Positions 24,364-33,791 of a stretch of DNA of 64,000 nt are shown here, one piece after another. Source of the DNA: Vicinamibacterales bacterium (GTDB taxonomy: Bacteria; Acidobacteriota; Vicinamibacteria; Vicinamibacterales; UBA2999); contig JBFWNV010000001.1 of the NCBI GenBank assembly GCA_050250875.1, forward strand, positions 1,619,891 to 1,683,890, read 5' to 3'. Below the pieces are notes generated by a model, which was not told the origin of the DNA, searched no databases, and was given only the letters and a program-made list of their open reading frames with translations. The position numbers and the translations under genes were made by a program. How positions within the stretch are numbered: the stretch's first letter is position 1; each line of letters begins with the position of its first letter.

Positions 24364-27300
24364 ATGACGACGCAGTTCACTCGGAGGCTCATCGCGCTCG
24401 CAGCGTCGAGCCTGCTCGTCTGGGTTGCGGCCGTGCCGGCCGCCGCTCAGACGACCACGACCAACTCCGGCATTGAAGGCCGGGTGGTCGACGACACCAA
24501 CGCTACGCTGCCGGGCGTGACCGTGACGATTTCCAGCCCGGCATTACAGTCGCAGCCCGAAACCTTCTCTGCCGCGGACGGGCGCTATCGCTTCACGACC
24601 CTACCTGGCGGCACCTATACCGTCAGGTTCCAGTTGACCGGCTTTAAGACCGTCGAGCGGTCCAACGTCCAGCTGTCGGCGAACTTCGTCGCCACCATCG
24701 ACGCCAAAATGGAACTCGGCGGTATCGAGGAGACGATCACCGTGACCGGACAGTCGCCGGTGGTGGACACCCGCACGGTGGCAGCGGTGGCGACCATAAA
24801 GTCGGATGCTTGGGAGCTGCTGCCGTCGTCGCGCAGCTACGAGGACATGGGCAAGCTCGCCCCGGGCATCCGAGTCAGCGGCATTCCCGACGTCGGCGGC
24901 AGCAAGACCGGCGGCGGCCGGGGCTCGCTGATCAACTACGGCACCAACGTCGGTGGTAGCACCCTGATGTTCGACGGTGTCAACACCGACGGCGTCGCCG
25001 GCTACTACGACGTCGGCGCGATCGAAGAGATGGTCGTTCGTGCCGCCGGCAACGACCCTGAGATCGCCACGCCCGGCATGACGTTCCAAACGATCGTGCG
25101 ATCGGGCGGCAATCAGTTCCACGGCATGGCGTTCGGGGCCTTCCAGACCCGCGGTATGCAGGGGGACAACATCACCGACAAGCTGCGGGCGGCGCGTGTG
25201 ACCGCCGGCAACCCGATGGATCACTACTTCGACGTCAACGCTTCGCTTGGCGGACGTCTCATTCGCGACAAGCTGTGGTTCTTCACCAGTATTCGCAACA
25301 AGGAGTACGTCGACGAGCCGATCGGCTTCGCGCGCGACCCCGGACCGGACGGGCTGTGGTGGACGGGCGACGAGCCGGCCGGGCAGGTCAAGAACAGCGA
25401 GTCGTCAGGCAAGAAACCCTCGGGCGTCAAGCTCAAGTACCAGCTGACCGACAAGCAGTCGCTGTCGTACATGCACTACGCCAATACCAAGTACTTCGAC
25501 GGCAACGACGCCGACCAGAACCACAACGGCGACTCGGTGCACCCCCAGGTGCACTGGAACCAGATCTACAACGCCGAGTACACCTACACACCGTGGTCCA
25601 ACGGGATCATCAACGCCGCGTTCGGCAACGCCGGCTGGCACTCACGGCACGTGCCCGCCGATACGGTTGGGGCCAACACTCTGCAGAGCAACTTCGACAC
25701 CGTGACGCTGCGGTGGACCGGACCCGGCTGGGACAACAAGTCGGCTGGCGTCGACGAACCTACCCCGACGGGGAACAAGAGCTACCGCTATCAGTGGTTT
25801 GCCAATTACACTCACTTCGTGCCGCGCTGGCTCGGCGTCGAGCACGACATCAAGACCGGCGTCTACTTTGCGCAGGACGCCTACAACCGCTTCCAGCGCC
25901 GCCGCAGCGCCGATGAAGGCGGTTCCGACAACGACTACCTCGCGGTGTTCGCCAACGGCACGCCGGTTGAAGTGGTCACCTACAACTCGCCCTTCCAGGC
26001 CAAGAACAGTGTTAGTCACCAGAGCTGGTACATCCGCGACAATTTCCGCGTCGGCGACAAGCTCACGTTGAACGCCGGGCTGCGGATCGAGCGATACCAC
26101 GTCTATCTGCCGGCGCAGTCGAAGGAAGCCGGCCAGTTCTCGCAGGCCGCCGACTTCGCCTACAAGTCCCTCTACGACTGGCGAGACTTCGCGCCGCGGT
26201 TCGGGCTGTCCTACGCCATCAACGACAAGACGGTGGTCAAGGCGGCGTGGGGCCAGTTCAACTTCGCCATCCGCGCCGATACCGCCGGCATCGTTCGTCC
26301 GTTCAACCTCAACGACCACACGCAGCGCCGGTATCGCTGGAACGACCTCAACGGCGACAAGATCTTCCAGGGGACATTCAACCAGCAGACCGGCCAGGTG
26401 GGAGGCGAGTTCGGGAACTTCATCGGCACGGATCCTGGCACGGGGTCCTCGAGCCAGGTGTTGAATCGCGACCTCAAACAGCCGCGAACCGACGAGTTTA
26501 CGCTCTTTCTCGAACGCGAGCTGATGGGCGCGCTGTCGGCGCGGCTCGGCTACGTCTACAAGGTCGCCAACGACCGCTACCAGGTGGTCAATCTCGAGCG
26601 GCCATTCGAGGCCTTCAACGTCCCGGTGACGGTGCGTGATCCTGGCGCCGATGGCGTGCTCAACACCGGTGACGACGGCGACATGGTTACCTACTACGAC
26701 CTGAATCCAGCGAACCGTGGCCGCGAGACCCTGATGGCTATCAACCCTGACGGCTTCAACGATAGGTACCACAACATCGACGTCGCACTGACCAAGCGGC
26801 TGTCGAGCGGCTATCAGTATGCGGTGAGCTATCTGGGGACCAAAAGGAACGCGTTCGCCGGCGGGGTCTTCCCGATGGACCCGAACGCCGCGAGCTTTTT
26901 CCCGAAGGACCAGTCGTGGGAACACACGTTCCGCGCCAGCGGCAGCGTCCAACTGCCTCTCGGGCTCATGACCTCTTCGGTCTTCGAAGTACAGAGCGGA
27001 ACGGCGCAGGCGCGCGACGTCCAGTTCCGCACCGGCCTGCCGACTCTCAGCAGCCTCACGCTCCGGATGGAACCTCTGGGATCGCTGCGGCTGCCGGCGG
27101 TGAAGCTGCTGAACGTGCGCGCTGCCAAGCGGTTCACGATCCGCCAGAACCACACTGTCACGGTGGAGTGGGATCTGTTCAACGCGCTCAATTCTAACGC
27201 CGCGACCAACATGACCCGACGGTCGGGACCGAACTTCAACCGGATCAACGCCATCCTCCCACCGAGAGTCATGCGCCTCGGGATGGTCTACGCCTTCTAG
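24364..27300 (+). CDS. TonB-dependent receptor with N-terminal carboxypeptidase-regulatory-like domain
   Basis: Track ORF 24301 trimmed to MTTQFTRRLIALAASSLLVWVAAVPAAAQ (signal). It has a CarboxypepD_reg-like domain (GIEGRVVDDTNATLPGVTVTISSP...GRYRFTTLPGGTYTVRFQLTGF), a plug and a long beta-barrel. The C-terminus is MRLGMVYAF. Confidence 0.9.
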   Translation: MTTQFTRRLIALAASSLLVWVAAVPAAAQTTTTNSGIEGRVVDDTNATLPGVTVTISSPALQSQPETFSAADGRYRFTTLPGGTYTVRFQLTGFKTVERSNVQLSANFVATIDAKMELGGIEETITVTGQSPVVDTRTVAAVATIKSDAWELLPSSRSYEDMGKLAPGIRVSGIPDVGGSKTGGGRGSLINYGTNVGGSTLMFDGVNTDGVAGYYDVGAIEEMVVRAAGNDPEIATPGMTFQTIVRSGGNQFHGMAFGAFQTRGMQGDNITDKLRAARVTAGNPMDHYFDVNASLGGRLIRDKLWFFTSIRNKEYVDEPIGFARDPGPDGLWWTGDEPAGQVKNSESSGKKPSGVKLKYQLTDKQSLSYMHYANTKYFDGNDADQNHNGDSVHPQVHWNQIYNAEYTYTPWSNGIINAAFGNAGWHSRHVPADTVGANTLQSNFDTVTLRWTGPGWDNKSAGVDEPTPTGNKSYRYQWFANYTHFVPRWLGVEHDIKTGVYFAQDAYNRFQRRRSADEGGSDNDYLAVFANGTPVEVVTYNSPFQAKNSVSHQSWYIRDNFRVGDKLTLNAGLRIERYHVYLPAQSKEAGQFSQAADFAYKSLYDWRDFAPRFGLSYAINDKTVVKAAWGQFNFAIRADTAGIVRPFNLNDHTQRRYRWNDLNGDKIFQGTFNQQTGQVGGEFGNFIGTDPGTGSSSQVLNRDLKQPRTDEFTLFLERELMGALSARLGYVYKVANDRYQVVNLERPFEAFNVPVTVRDPGADGVLNTGDDGDMVTYYDLNPANRGRETLMAINPDGFNDRYHNIDVALTKRLSSGYQYAVSYLGTKRNAFAGGVFPMDPNAASFFPKDQSWEHTFRASGSVQLPLGLMTSSVFEVQSGTAQARDVQFRTGLPTLSSLTLRMEPLGSLRLPAVKLLNVRAAKRFTIRQNHTVTVEWDLFNALNSNAATNMTRRSGPNFNRINAILPPRVMRLGMVYAF

Positions 27301-27319
27301 GCAGTCCGACTGAACCGAC

Positions 27320-27358
27320 GAGCCGGCGGCAGGAGGTAAGCACTCCGTCCGCCGGCTC
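27320..27358 (+). terminator. Stem-loop after the receptor gene (terminator candidate, no U-tract)
   Basis: GAGCCGGCGG (27320-27329) pairs perfectly with CCGCCGGCTC (27349-27358). The 19-nt loop contains an inner GGAG/CTCC stem. The structure starts 20 nt after the stop codon. Confidence 0.45.
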
Positions 27359-27380
27359 GCTGCGTCCGTAAGCTCCCCTG

Positions 27381-28307
27381 GTGACTGAACGGTTCCGCGT
27401 AGACTGCTCCGGCGAGGAAGCGGTCGTGCGGAAGTCGACGTTCAGTGAGACGCAGATCGTCGGAATCCTGAGGGACGCCGAGAGCAGCGTACCGGTGGCG
27501 GAGTTGCTGCGGAAGTACGGGTCAGCAACGCCACGTTCTTCAAGTGGCGGAGCAAGTGCGGCGGGGCGTCGGCGAGCCGGGGCGATGCGGCGGTGATCGC
27601 CGTGTTGACTGAGGCCGCGGCGCGGTATCCGCGGTGGGGCTTCTGGACGCTCTACGATCGGCTGCGCGCCGAGGGCCACCTGTGGAACCACAAGCGGCTC
27701 CAGCGCGTGTATTGCGCGCTGCGGCTGAACCTGCCGCGACGGACGACGCGGCGGGTGCCGAAGCGGCTCCGCCAGCCGCTCACGGCCCCACCGGTGCTGG
27801 ACCAGACCTGGGCGCTGGACTTCATGACCGAGACGCCCTACGACGCCCGGCGCGTGCGGCTGCTGACCGCGCTCGACGAAGGCGATTTGCGAGGGCCTTG
27901 AGATTGCCATGGGCGTGTCCCTGCCCAGCCGACGCGTGGTGCGCGTCCTCAACGAACTCGTCGCGCTGGATGGTCGGCCGGTCGCGGTCCGCGTCGACAA
28001 CGGCCCGGCGTTTACGGCCCAGGCCTTCGTCGAGTGGGCCACCGAGCACCGCGTGGCTATCCACTACATTCAGCCGGGCACACCCGACCAGAACGCCTAC
28101 CTCGAGAGTTTCAACCGCAGCTGTCGCACTGAGGTGCTGAACGCGCACCTTTTCGAATCGATCGCCGAGCTGCGCGTCGCCACCGACGCGTGGCTCCAGG
28201 TGCACAACCGCGAGCGGTCCCACGACAGCCTCGGCCGGGTGCCGCCGCTCACGTTTCTGCCGAGGCCGACAGAGGCCGGTCAGTCTCCCTGGGAACCGTC
28301 CGCCTGA
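27381..28307 (+). pseudogene. IS3-family transposase orfAB, frameshifted and internally deleted
   Basis: Three track ORFs (27381..27596, 27593..27901, 27909..28307) carry consecutive pieces. There is a frameshift after KYG. The orfA C-terminus and orfB N-terminus appear lost (KCGG joins directly to ...AAARYPRWGFWTLYDRLRAEGHLWNHKR). There is a further frameshift/stop near 27880-27902 (…ALDEG / EGLEIAMGVSLPS). Confidence 0.75.
27382..28307 (+). mobile_element. Degraded IS3-family (IS407-like) insertion sequence
   Basis: Imperfect terminal inverted repeats are present: TGACTGAACGGTTCCGCGTAGACTGCTCCGG (27382-27412) versus the complement of 28276-28307, TCAGGCGGACGGTTCCCAGGGAGACTGACCGG. They enclose orfA-like (FSETQIVGILRDAESSVPVAELLRKYG, then out of frame VSNATFFKWRSKCGG) and orfB-like DDE/rve sequence (VRVDNGPAFTAQAFVEWATEHRVAIHYIQPGTPDQNAYLESFNRS). 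The element is about 0.93 kb, shorter than intact family members. Confidence 0.8.
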
Positions 28308-28316
28308 CGGGCGAGC

Positions 28317-28454
28317 TTAACGCCCCGACGTGTAGGTGATGAATCCTGCCAGTCCGCCATTGCCCACACCCTGGAACTCGCCGTTCCAGTTGTTCGCGAG
28401 CGGCAACCACACCTCGATCCTGATGTCGGAGTCGCTGGGCCAGCACCGGCGGCG
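28317..28454 (-). pseudogene. Tannase/feruloyl-esterase family gene fragment truncated next to the IS end
   Basis: The minus-strand frame reads ...CWPSDSDIRIEVWLPLANNWNGEFQGVGNGGLAGFITYTSGR*. The block I-x-x-E-V-W-L-P...W-N-G-x-F-x-G-V-G-N-G-G-x-A-G is the conserved tannase/feruloyl-esterase N-terminal motif. The frame stops 10 nt from the IS right end, and the rest of the gene is absent. Confidence 0.5.
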
Positions 28455-28833
28455 CCAACCACCATCCCGGGCCCGGCCCGGCATACCATTGCCACCACCG
28501 CGCCGGTAGCGACGGCGCCGCGGGTAAGCATGCGGCGCAGTCTGGTGGCGGCGCGAGCGCTGTGTCCACGACCCCCCGAAAGGTCACTGCCGTCGGACGC
28601 CCCTTGGGTATCAGCCGCGCCGGTCGCTCGAGGCGACTCAGGCTAGGATCGGTCTGGTGTCCGGGCAACCGCAGGCCGACGACGCGCCGCCGGCCGTGGA
28701 ATTCGAGCAGGTGTCTCTGGCGTTCGACGAGTCGCTCACCGAGGTGCACGGAGTGACGCTTCACCGCGTTACAAGTCGATGTGCACCGGCAGGTCAACGC
28801 CACCAGGACCGCCCGACCTTGTTCCGAAAATGT

Positions 28834-29178
28834 CTACAAACTTCGGACAGAAGGTCCCGAGCCTCCGCGACGGTCTTTGGCGATGCGCCGACGAAGAGTC
28901 ATCTCGGTCGCCAAGGTGCCGCGGTAGCGGCCGAGCACGACGACGTGGTCAGTGCCGTCAACGAAGGTGTCAGGGGTCACGGTGAAGTCATCGACCGCCA
29001 CCATGAGCCGGCCGAACACACCCTCGCCAACGGCTTGCGGTCCAACATAGGGATTGCGATCCGCAAGATCTGCTGGCGCGTGTCGAATCCGGTCGAGGAC
29101 TACTGCGTGTTCCCGACGAAGGACGAAGCCACCGGCAGGTTCGCGGCCCTCATCATGTGGGTGCGTGAGGCTGTGAAT
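28834..29178 (-). pseudogene. SnoaL/NTF2-like protein fragment (frameshifted)
   Basis: The open minus frame reads ...NPYVGPQAVGEGVFGRLMVAVDDFTVTPDTFVDGTDHVVVLGRYRGT, resembling the middle of SnoaL-like/ketosteroid-isomerase-fold proteins. There is no plausible start, and the C-terminus degenerates into Arg-rich sequence. Confidence 0.35.
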
Positions 29179-29457
29179 TCACCACTGCACCTCGGGACGG
29201 ACGGATCAAGTAAACCATCGGGATTCATACCTCTGTCGATGGTTTGATCGCCCGAAGCAAGCGGGCCTTCAGATCCGGTCCGTTCGCAAGGCTCGCGATT
29301 CAATGTCGTCCTCGACCGGTTCAGGGTTGCATGTTCCGCGATGGGCACCCGCCGGACCGGGGCCGACGATCGCAACGTCGTTCATGAGGCGGATCGGAGC
29401 CTGGCTCTGCCATGTGATCCACCGGAGTGTTGACTGTCGGTAGTACGCTGGCTCGTT

Positions 29458-30735
29458 GTGCGGGTGATTCATGGGTGCGGTCCAGCCATCCTGATCGCGG
29501 TCCTTACGGCAGCGACCTTCACGATCGGCTGTGGGCCCCGAGGTGACGTGCTCACCTTTTCGGGCAGCGTGCTCGGCGCCGAAGGCGCGAGTCTCCGGTC
29601 GCAGATCGCACGCTTCGAGGCGGAGCACGGTCTGCCAGTCGAGCTGCGACCGACGCCCGATGCGGCCGATCAGCGCCATCAGCTCTACGTGCAATGGCTG
29701 AATGCGTGGTCGACCGAGCCGGACGTCCTGCAGCTCGACGTGGTCTGGACGCCCGAGTTCGCCGCGGCCGGCTGGATCCGTCCGCTCGACGACGTCCTTC
29801 AATCCGCAGACGCGGCCGACTTCTTCCCGGCTCCAATGGCGGCCAATCGATGGCGGGGGCGGCTGTACGCCGTTCCCTGGTTTGTCGACGTCGGCATACT
29901 GTACTGGCGCACGGACCTGATGCCGGCCCCGCCCGAGACATTTGCCGCGCTCGAGGCCATCGCCCGCCGTGCGATCGCCGACAAATCGGCCGGCTCCGGA
30001 TTCGTCTGGCAGGGCGCGCGGTACGAAGGCCTGGTCACCGTCTTTCTCGAATACCTCGTCGGCTACGGCGGTGCAATCCTCGACGCAGCCGGTCACGTCG
30101 TCGTCGACTCGTCGGCCGCGGTGCAGGCGCTGACGGCGATGTATGACTCGCTCTACCGCGACGGGATCGTGCCGGAGGCGGTGCTGACCTGGCAGGAGGA
30201 ACAGACGCGCTTCGCGTTCCAGAACGGCAACGCCGTATTCATGCGGAACTGGCCCTACGCGGCGGCGCTCCTCCGGAATCCAGGCGAGTCCAAAGTCGAG
30301 GGACGTTTTGCGGTCACGGTAATGCCGCGGGCAAACGGCCGGTCAGCTGCCACGCTTGGCGGTGCGCAGCTGGCGATCAACGCACGATCGCGGCACCCCG
30401 GTGCCGCCTGGGCGCTCATCAGATATCTCACGGCTCCCGCGCAGATGCTCGAGCGTGCAGCCGCGACGGCGCAGTTTCCTGCGCGTCGCAGTGTGTACGA
30501 CGACGCGGCGCTCGCCTCGTCGCTGGCGATCGCGCCGGCGCAGGCGCGCGCGATCATCGAGCGCGCGGTGCCGCGGCCGGTCACTCCCGTGTATACGCAG
30601 CTCTCGGGCATCCTGCAGATTCACCTGCACCGCGCGTTGACCAGGCAGGCGACGCCGGCGGCGGCCCTGTCGAGCGCAGCCACGGAGATGCGGGTGTTGC
30701 TGCAGTCGTTAGGTCTGGAGCAGGCGGCATCGTGA
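29458..30735 (+). CDS. Sugar ABC transporter substrate-binding protein (CUT1 family)
   Basis: Track ORF, 425 aa, with a lipoprotein-like signal (LIAVLTAATFTIGCG). LQLDVVWTPEFAAAGWIRPLDD and YAVPWFVDVGILYWRTDL are typical of family-1 extracellular solute-binding proteins. Confidence 0.85.
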   Translation: MRVIHGCGPAILIAVLTAATFTIGCGPRGDVLTFSGSVLGAEGASLRSQIARFEAEHGLPVELRPTPDAADQRHQLYVQWLNAWSTEPDVLQLDVVWTPEFAAAGWIRPLDDVLQSADAADFFPAPMAANRWRGRLYAVPWFVDVGILYWRTDLMPAPPETFAALEAIARRAIADKSAGSGFVWQGARYEGLVTVFLEYLVGYGGAILDAAGHVVVDSSAAVQALTAMYDSLYRDGIVPEAVLTWQEEQTRFAFQNGNAVFMRNWPYAAALLRNPGESKVEGRFAVTVMPRANGRSAATLGGAQLAINARSRHPGAAWALIRYLTAPAQMLERAAATAQFPARRSVYDDAALASSLAIAPAQARAIIERAVPRPVTPVYTQLSGILQIHLHRALTRQATPAAALSSAATEMRVLLQSLGLEQAAS

Positions 30736-31622
30736 TGCCGGCACACACGGCGGGGAGGCGCGAGGCTCGGTTCGCATGGGCGCTGCTTGCGCCCCTCGTG
30801 ATCGTGCTGACGATTGTCGCCGTCGGTCCGCTGATCGCCAGCGTGTGGGAGTCGTTCCACCGGCACGACCTGCGCATGCCGTGGTTGGGCCGGCCGTGGA
30901 TCGGATTCGCGAATTATGTGGCCGCGGTGTTCGATCCGAGGCTGATCGATGCGCTGACGCACACGTTCTTCTTCACGATCGTCAGTGTCGCGCTCGAGAT
31001 CGTGTGCGGTCTCGCGCTGGCGATGGCGCTCGACTCCGTGCGCCGCGGTCGCGGAACTGCCCGGGTGATCGTGCTCATGCCATGGGCGCTGCCCACGGTC
31101 GTCGGCGCCCTCGTGTGGCGGTTCATGTTCGAGACCGAAACGGGCGTGGTGGGGGCGCTCCACATCCCGGGACTCCAGCGTGCGTGGCTGTCGGATCCAG
31201 TGCTGGCCTGGGTACCGATCCTTCTCGCCGACACGTGGAAGAGCACGCCGTTCGTCACGCTGCTGCTGCTCACCGGCCTTCAAGCGATCGATCCCGCGCT
31301 GCACGAGGCCGCGCGTATGGACGGAGCCGGACCGTGGCGTCGCTTCATCACGATCACGCTTCCGCTGCTTCGGCCGGCCCTCATCGTCGCTGGCATCTTC
31401 CGCGTGCTCGATGCATTCAGGGTGTTCGATCTCGTCTATGTCCTGACAGGCGGCGGCCCGGGCACCGCGACCGAGATCGTCTCGCTGTATGCGTTCACGA
31501 CGCTCTTTCAGGACCTGCGATTCGGGTACGGATCGGCGTTGACGGTCATCACGTTCGGCATCACGTTCGTCCTCGCGCTCGCGTACATTCGTGCGCTCTC
31601 TGTGGGTGCCGAAGGCCGATGA
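30732..31622 (+). CDS. Sugar ABC transporter permease (MalF/LacF-like)
   Basis: Track ORF, 296 aa. The EAA loop is LHEAARMDGAGPWRRFITITLPLLRPAL. It overlaps the upstream gene by 4 nt. Confidence 0.9.
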   Translation: MMPAHTAGRREARFAWALLAPLVIVLTIVAVGPLIASVWESFHRHDLRMPWLGRPWIGFANYVAAVFDPRLIDALTHTFFFTIVSVALEIVCGLALAMALDSVRRGRGTARVIVLMPWALPTVVGALVWRFMFETETGVVGALHIPGLQRAWLSDPVLAWVPILLADTWKSTPFVTLLLLTGLQAIDPALHEAARMDGAGPWRRFITITLPLLRPALIVAGIFRVLDAFRVFDLVYVLTGGGPGTATEIVSLYAFTTLFQDLRFGYGSALTVITFGITFVLALAYIRALSVGAEGR

Positions 31623-32437
31623 CCGTGAGCCGGCTGCTCGTGCGGGCGGGGTCGGTCGCGTTGTTCGCGGTGTGGGCGTTTCCGGTCTATTGGATGCTGG
31701 TCGCCTCCGTTACGCCCGAAGCTCGCCTGTTCGGCGTTCCGGAGTTGCTACCGACAACGATCGTCTTCGATCACTATCGCGCACTCTTCGCTGAGCGGCA
31801 GTTCTGGCTCCCCGTCAGAAACTCTCTCGTCGTCGCCGCGGCGACTACCGTGCTGGCGCTCGCGGTCGCCATGCCGGCAGCGTACGCAGCCGCTCGACTG
31901 CGGTTTCGTGGCCGCTCAATCCTTCTTGCGGCGGTGCTCGCGGTGTCGGTGTTCCCGCAGATCTCGATCGTGTCGCCGCTCTTCCTGCTGCTTCGATCCG
32001 CCGGGCTGATCGACACCTTTCCCGGGCTCGTGCTGCCGTACCTCACGTTCTCCCTTCCGCTGGCCGTCTGGCTGCTGGCAGCGTTCTTCCGCCAGCTCCC
32101 GCGCGATCTGGAGGAGGCGGCGCTGATGGACGGAGCGAGCCGTCTCCGGACGGTGGTCGAGGTGATGCTGCCGCTGGCGGCGCCAGCGATTGCGACGACC
32201 GCGATCCTCACCTTCCTTTATGCCTGGAACGAGTTTCTGTTTGCGCTGTCGTTCACGCTCGGGCCGGACCGGCAGACCGTACCGGTTGCGATAGCACTCT
32301 TTCGGGGGCAGTATCAGGTGCCGTGGGGCCAGATACTGGCGGCCGCCGTCGTGGCCTCTGTTCCCGTCACGGTCATCGTGCTCCTGTTTCAACGCCGGAT
32401 CGTGAGTGGTCTCACGTCCGGCGCGACGAAGGGGTAA
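31619..32437 (+). CDS. Sugar ABC transporter permease (MalG/LacG-like)
   Basis: This is the C-terminal 272 aa of track ORF 30776..32437, starting at ATG 31619 (MTVSRLLVRAGSVALFAVWAFPVYWML). The EAA loop is LEEAALMDGASRLRTVVEVMLPLAAPA. It overlaps the upstream gene by 4 nt. Confidence 0.9.
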   Translation: MTVSRLLVRAGSVALFAVWAFPVYWMLVASVTPEARLFGVPELLPTTIVFDHYRALFAERQFWLPVRNSLVVAAATTVLALAVAMPAAYAAARLRFRGRSILLAAVLAVSVFPQISIVSPLFLLLRSAGLIDTFPGLVLPYLTFSLPLAVWLLAAFFRQLPRDLEEAALMDGASRLRTVVEVMLPLAAPAIATTAILTFLYAWNEFLFALSFTLGPDRQTVPVAIALFRGQYQVPWGQILAAAVVASVPVTVIVLLFQRRIVSGLTSGATKG

Positions 32438-33490
32438 ATGGCCGCGATCGCACTGACCGGAATCGAGAAGACATTCGCACCAGACCAGAAGGCGCTGCGC
32501 GACGTGCATCTATCGATCGCGGACGGCGAGCGCGTCGTGCTGGTGGGGCCGTCTGGCAGCGGGAAGAGCACGCTGCTGCGGATCATCGCGGGGCTCGAGA
32601 TACCCACCGCCGGATCCGTGTCGATAGACGGCCGCGACGTCACCAGCGTTCCGCCGGAGCGGCGCGATCTGGCGATGGTCTTCCAGTCGTACGCGCTCTA
32701 CCCGCACAAAAGCGTCCGCGACAACCTCGCGTTCGGTCTGCGCGTGCGGCGTGTGCCTCCTGCGGAAACCGCACGACGGGTGGACGCGGTCGCGCGCTCG
32801 CTTGGACTCGAGCAACTGCTCGATCGTCGTCCGGCGCAGCTTTCGGGCGGTCAGCGGCAGCGGGTCGCGCTCGGTCGCGCGATTGTACGGGAGCCACGCG
32901 CATTCCTGTTCGACGAACCATTGTCAAACCTCGACCCTCAGCTGCGTGGCGCGGCGCGGGCCGAGCTGGTGGAGTTGCATCGGCGGCTGGGCGCGACGAT
33001 GGTGTACGTGACGCACGACCAGGAGGAAGCGATGACGCTCGGACAACGTATCGCGGTCCTCAACAATGGCCGCATCGAGCAGTTGGCGGCGCCTTCGGAG
33101 CTGTACAGCCGGCCGGCGACCGTCTTCGTCGCGGGCTTCGTCGGATCGCCGTCGATGAACCTGCTGGACGTGGAACACCTGGCCTCGCTCGGCGTCACGG
33201 CGCAGGTGCCGGCAGCGGCGCGGTCCGCGGGTTTTCGCCCGCATGATGTGCGGCTCACGACGGCGTCGGACGGATGCGCCAGCGTCGCGTTGATCGAGCC
33301 GCTCGGCCACGCGAACGTCCTGCATCTTCTCGCCGGTGACCTGCGCGTGGTTGCGGTGGCGCCGTCGAATCAGGCGTGGGAGATCGGTGAGACCGTGTCC
33401 CTCGCGGTTGACTCCGGCAGCATGCATTGGTTCGATGCGAAAGGATGGCGCGTGTTGGTAGGTGCCGAGACTCAGGGCCGCAGGATGTAG
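32438..33490 (+). CDS. Sugar ABC transporter ATP-binding protein (MalK/UgpC-like)
   Basis: Track ORF, 350 aa. Motifs present: Walker [10 protein letters not shown], signature LSGGQRQRVALGRA, Walker B FLFDEPLSNLD, and a C-terminal MalK-type regulatory domain. Confidence 0.92.
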   Translation: MAAIALTGIEKTFAPDQKALRDVHLSIADGERVVLVGPSGSGKSTLLRIIAGLEIPTAGSVSIDGRDVTSVPPERRDLAMVFQSYALYPHKSVRDNLAFGLRVRRVPPAETARRVDAVARSLGLEQLLDRRPAQLSGGQRQRVALGRAIVREPRAFLFDEPLSNLDPQLRGAARAELVELHRRLGATMVYVTHDQEEAMTLGQRIAVLNNGRIEQLAAPSELYSRPATVFVAGFVGSPSMNLLDVEHLASLGVTAQVPAAARSAGFRPHDVRLTTASDGCASVALIEPLGHANVLHLLAGDLRVVAVAPSNQAWEIGETVSLAVDSGSMHWFDAKGWRVLVGAETQGRRM

Positions 33491-33689
33491 ACGAATCGTG
33501 CTCCCACTCCACGCATGGTCGACCTCATTGTTGACGCTCGCCCGGGACTGACCAGCTGTGCTCAGCGAAGACTGACCACCGGCACGGCGTCTTGTGGCCC
33601 GAGGTGGGTGGCCGATCGTCGTCGTCGGCTGGTCATTCCGTGGCGAGCAGAACTGCGGTTCGCTGGTCAGCGTTCGTCGAGCGCCAACA

Positions 33690-33705
33690 GGGACGCAGGG
33701 ATTCG
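33690..33705 (-). repeat. Exact 16-nt duplicate of the tRNA-Gln 3' end
   Basis: GGGACGCAGGGATTCG (plus strand) at 33690-33705 is identical to 33797-33812 inside the tRNA (T-loop, T-stem and acceptor 3' strand). It has the same orientation and lies 107 bp downstream of it on the minus strand. Confidence 0.7.
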
Positions 33706-33791
33706 GTCCCGCTCGCGCCGAGCCGATGGCGAGGCGCGGCGTGACGCACGTGCCCTGCGGAGCAGCCAACGAGCGAGTGAAACGAGTGAGT

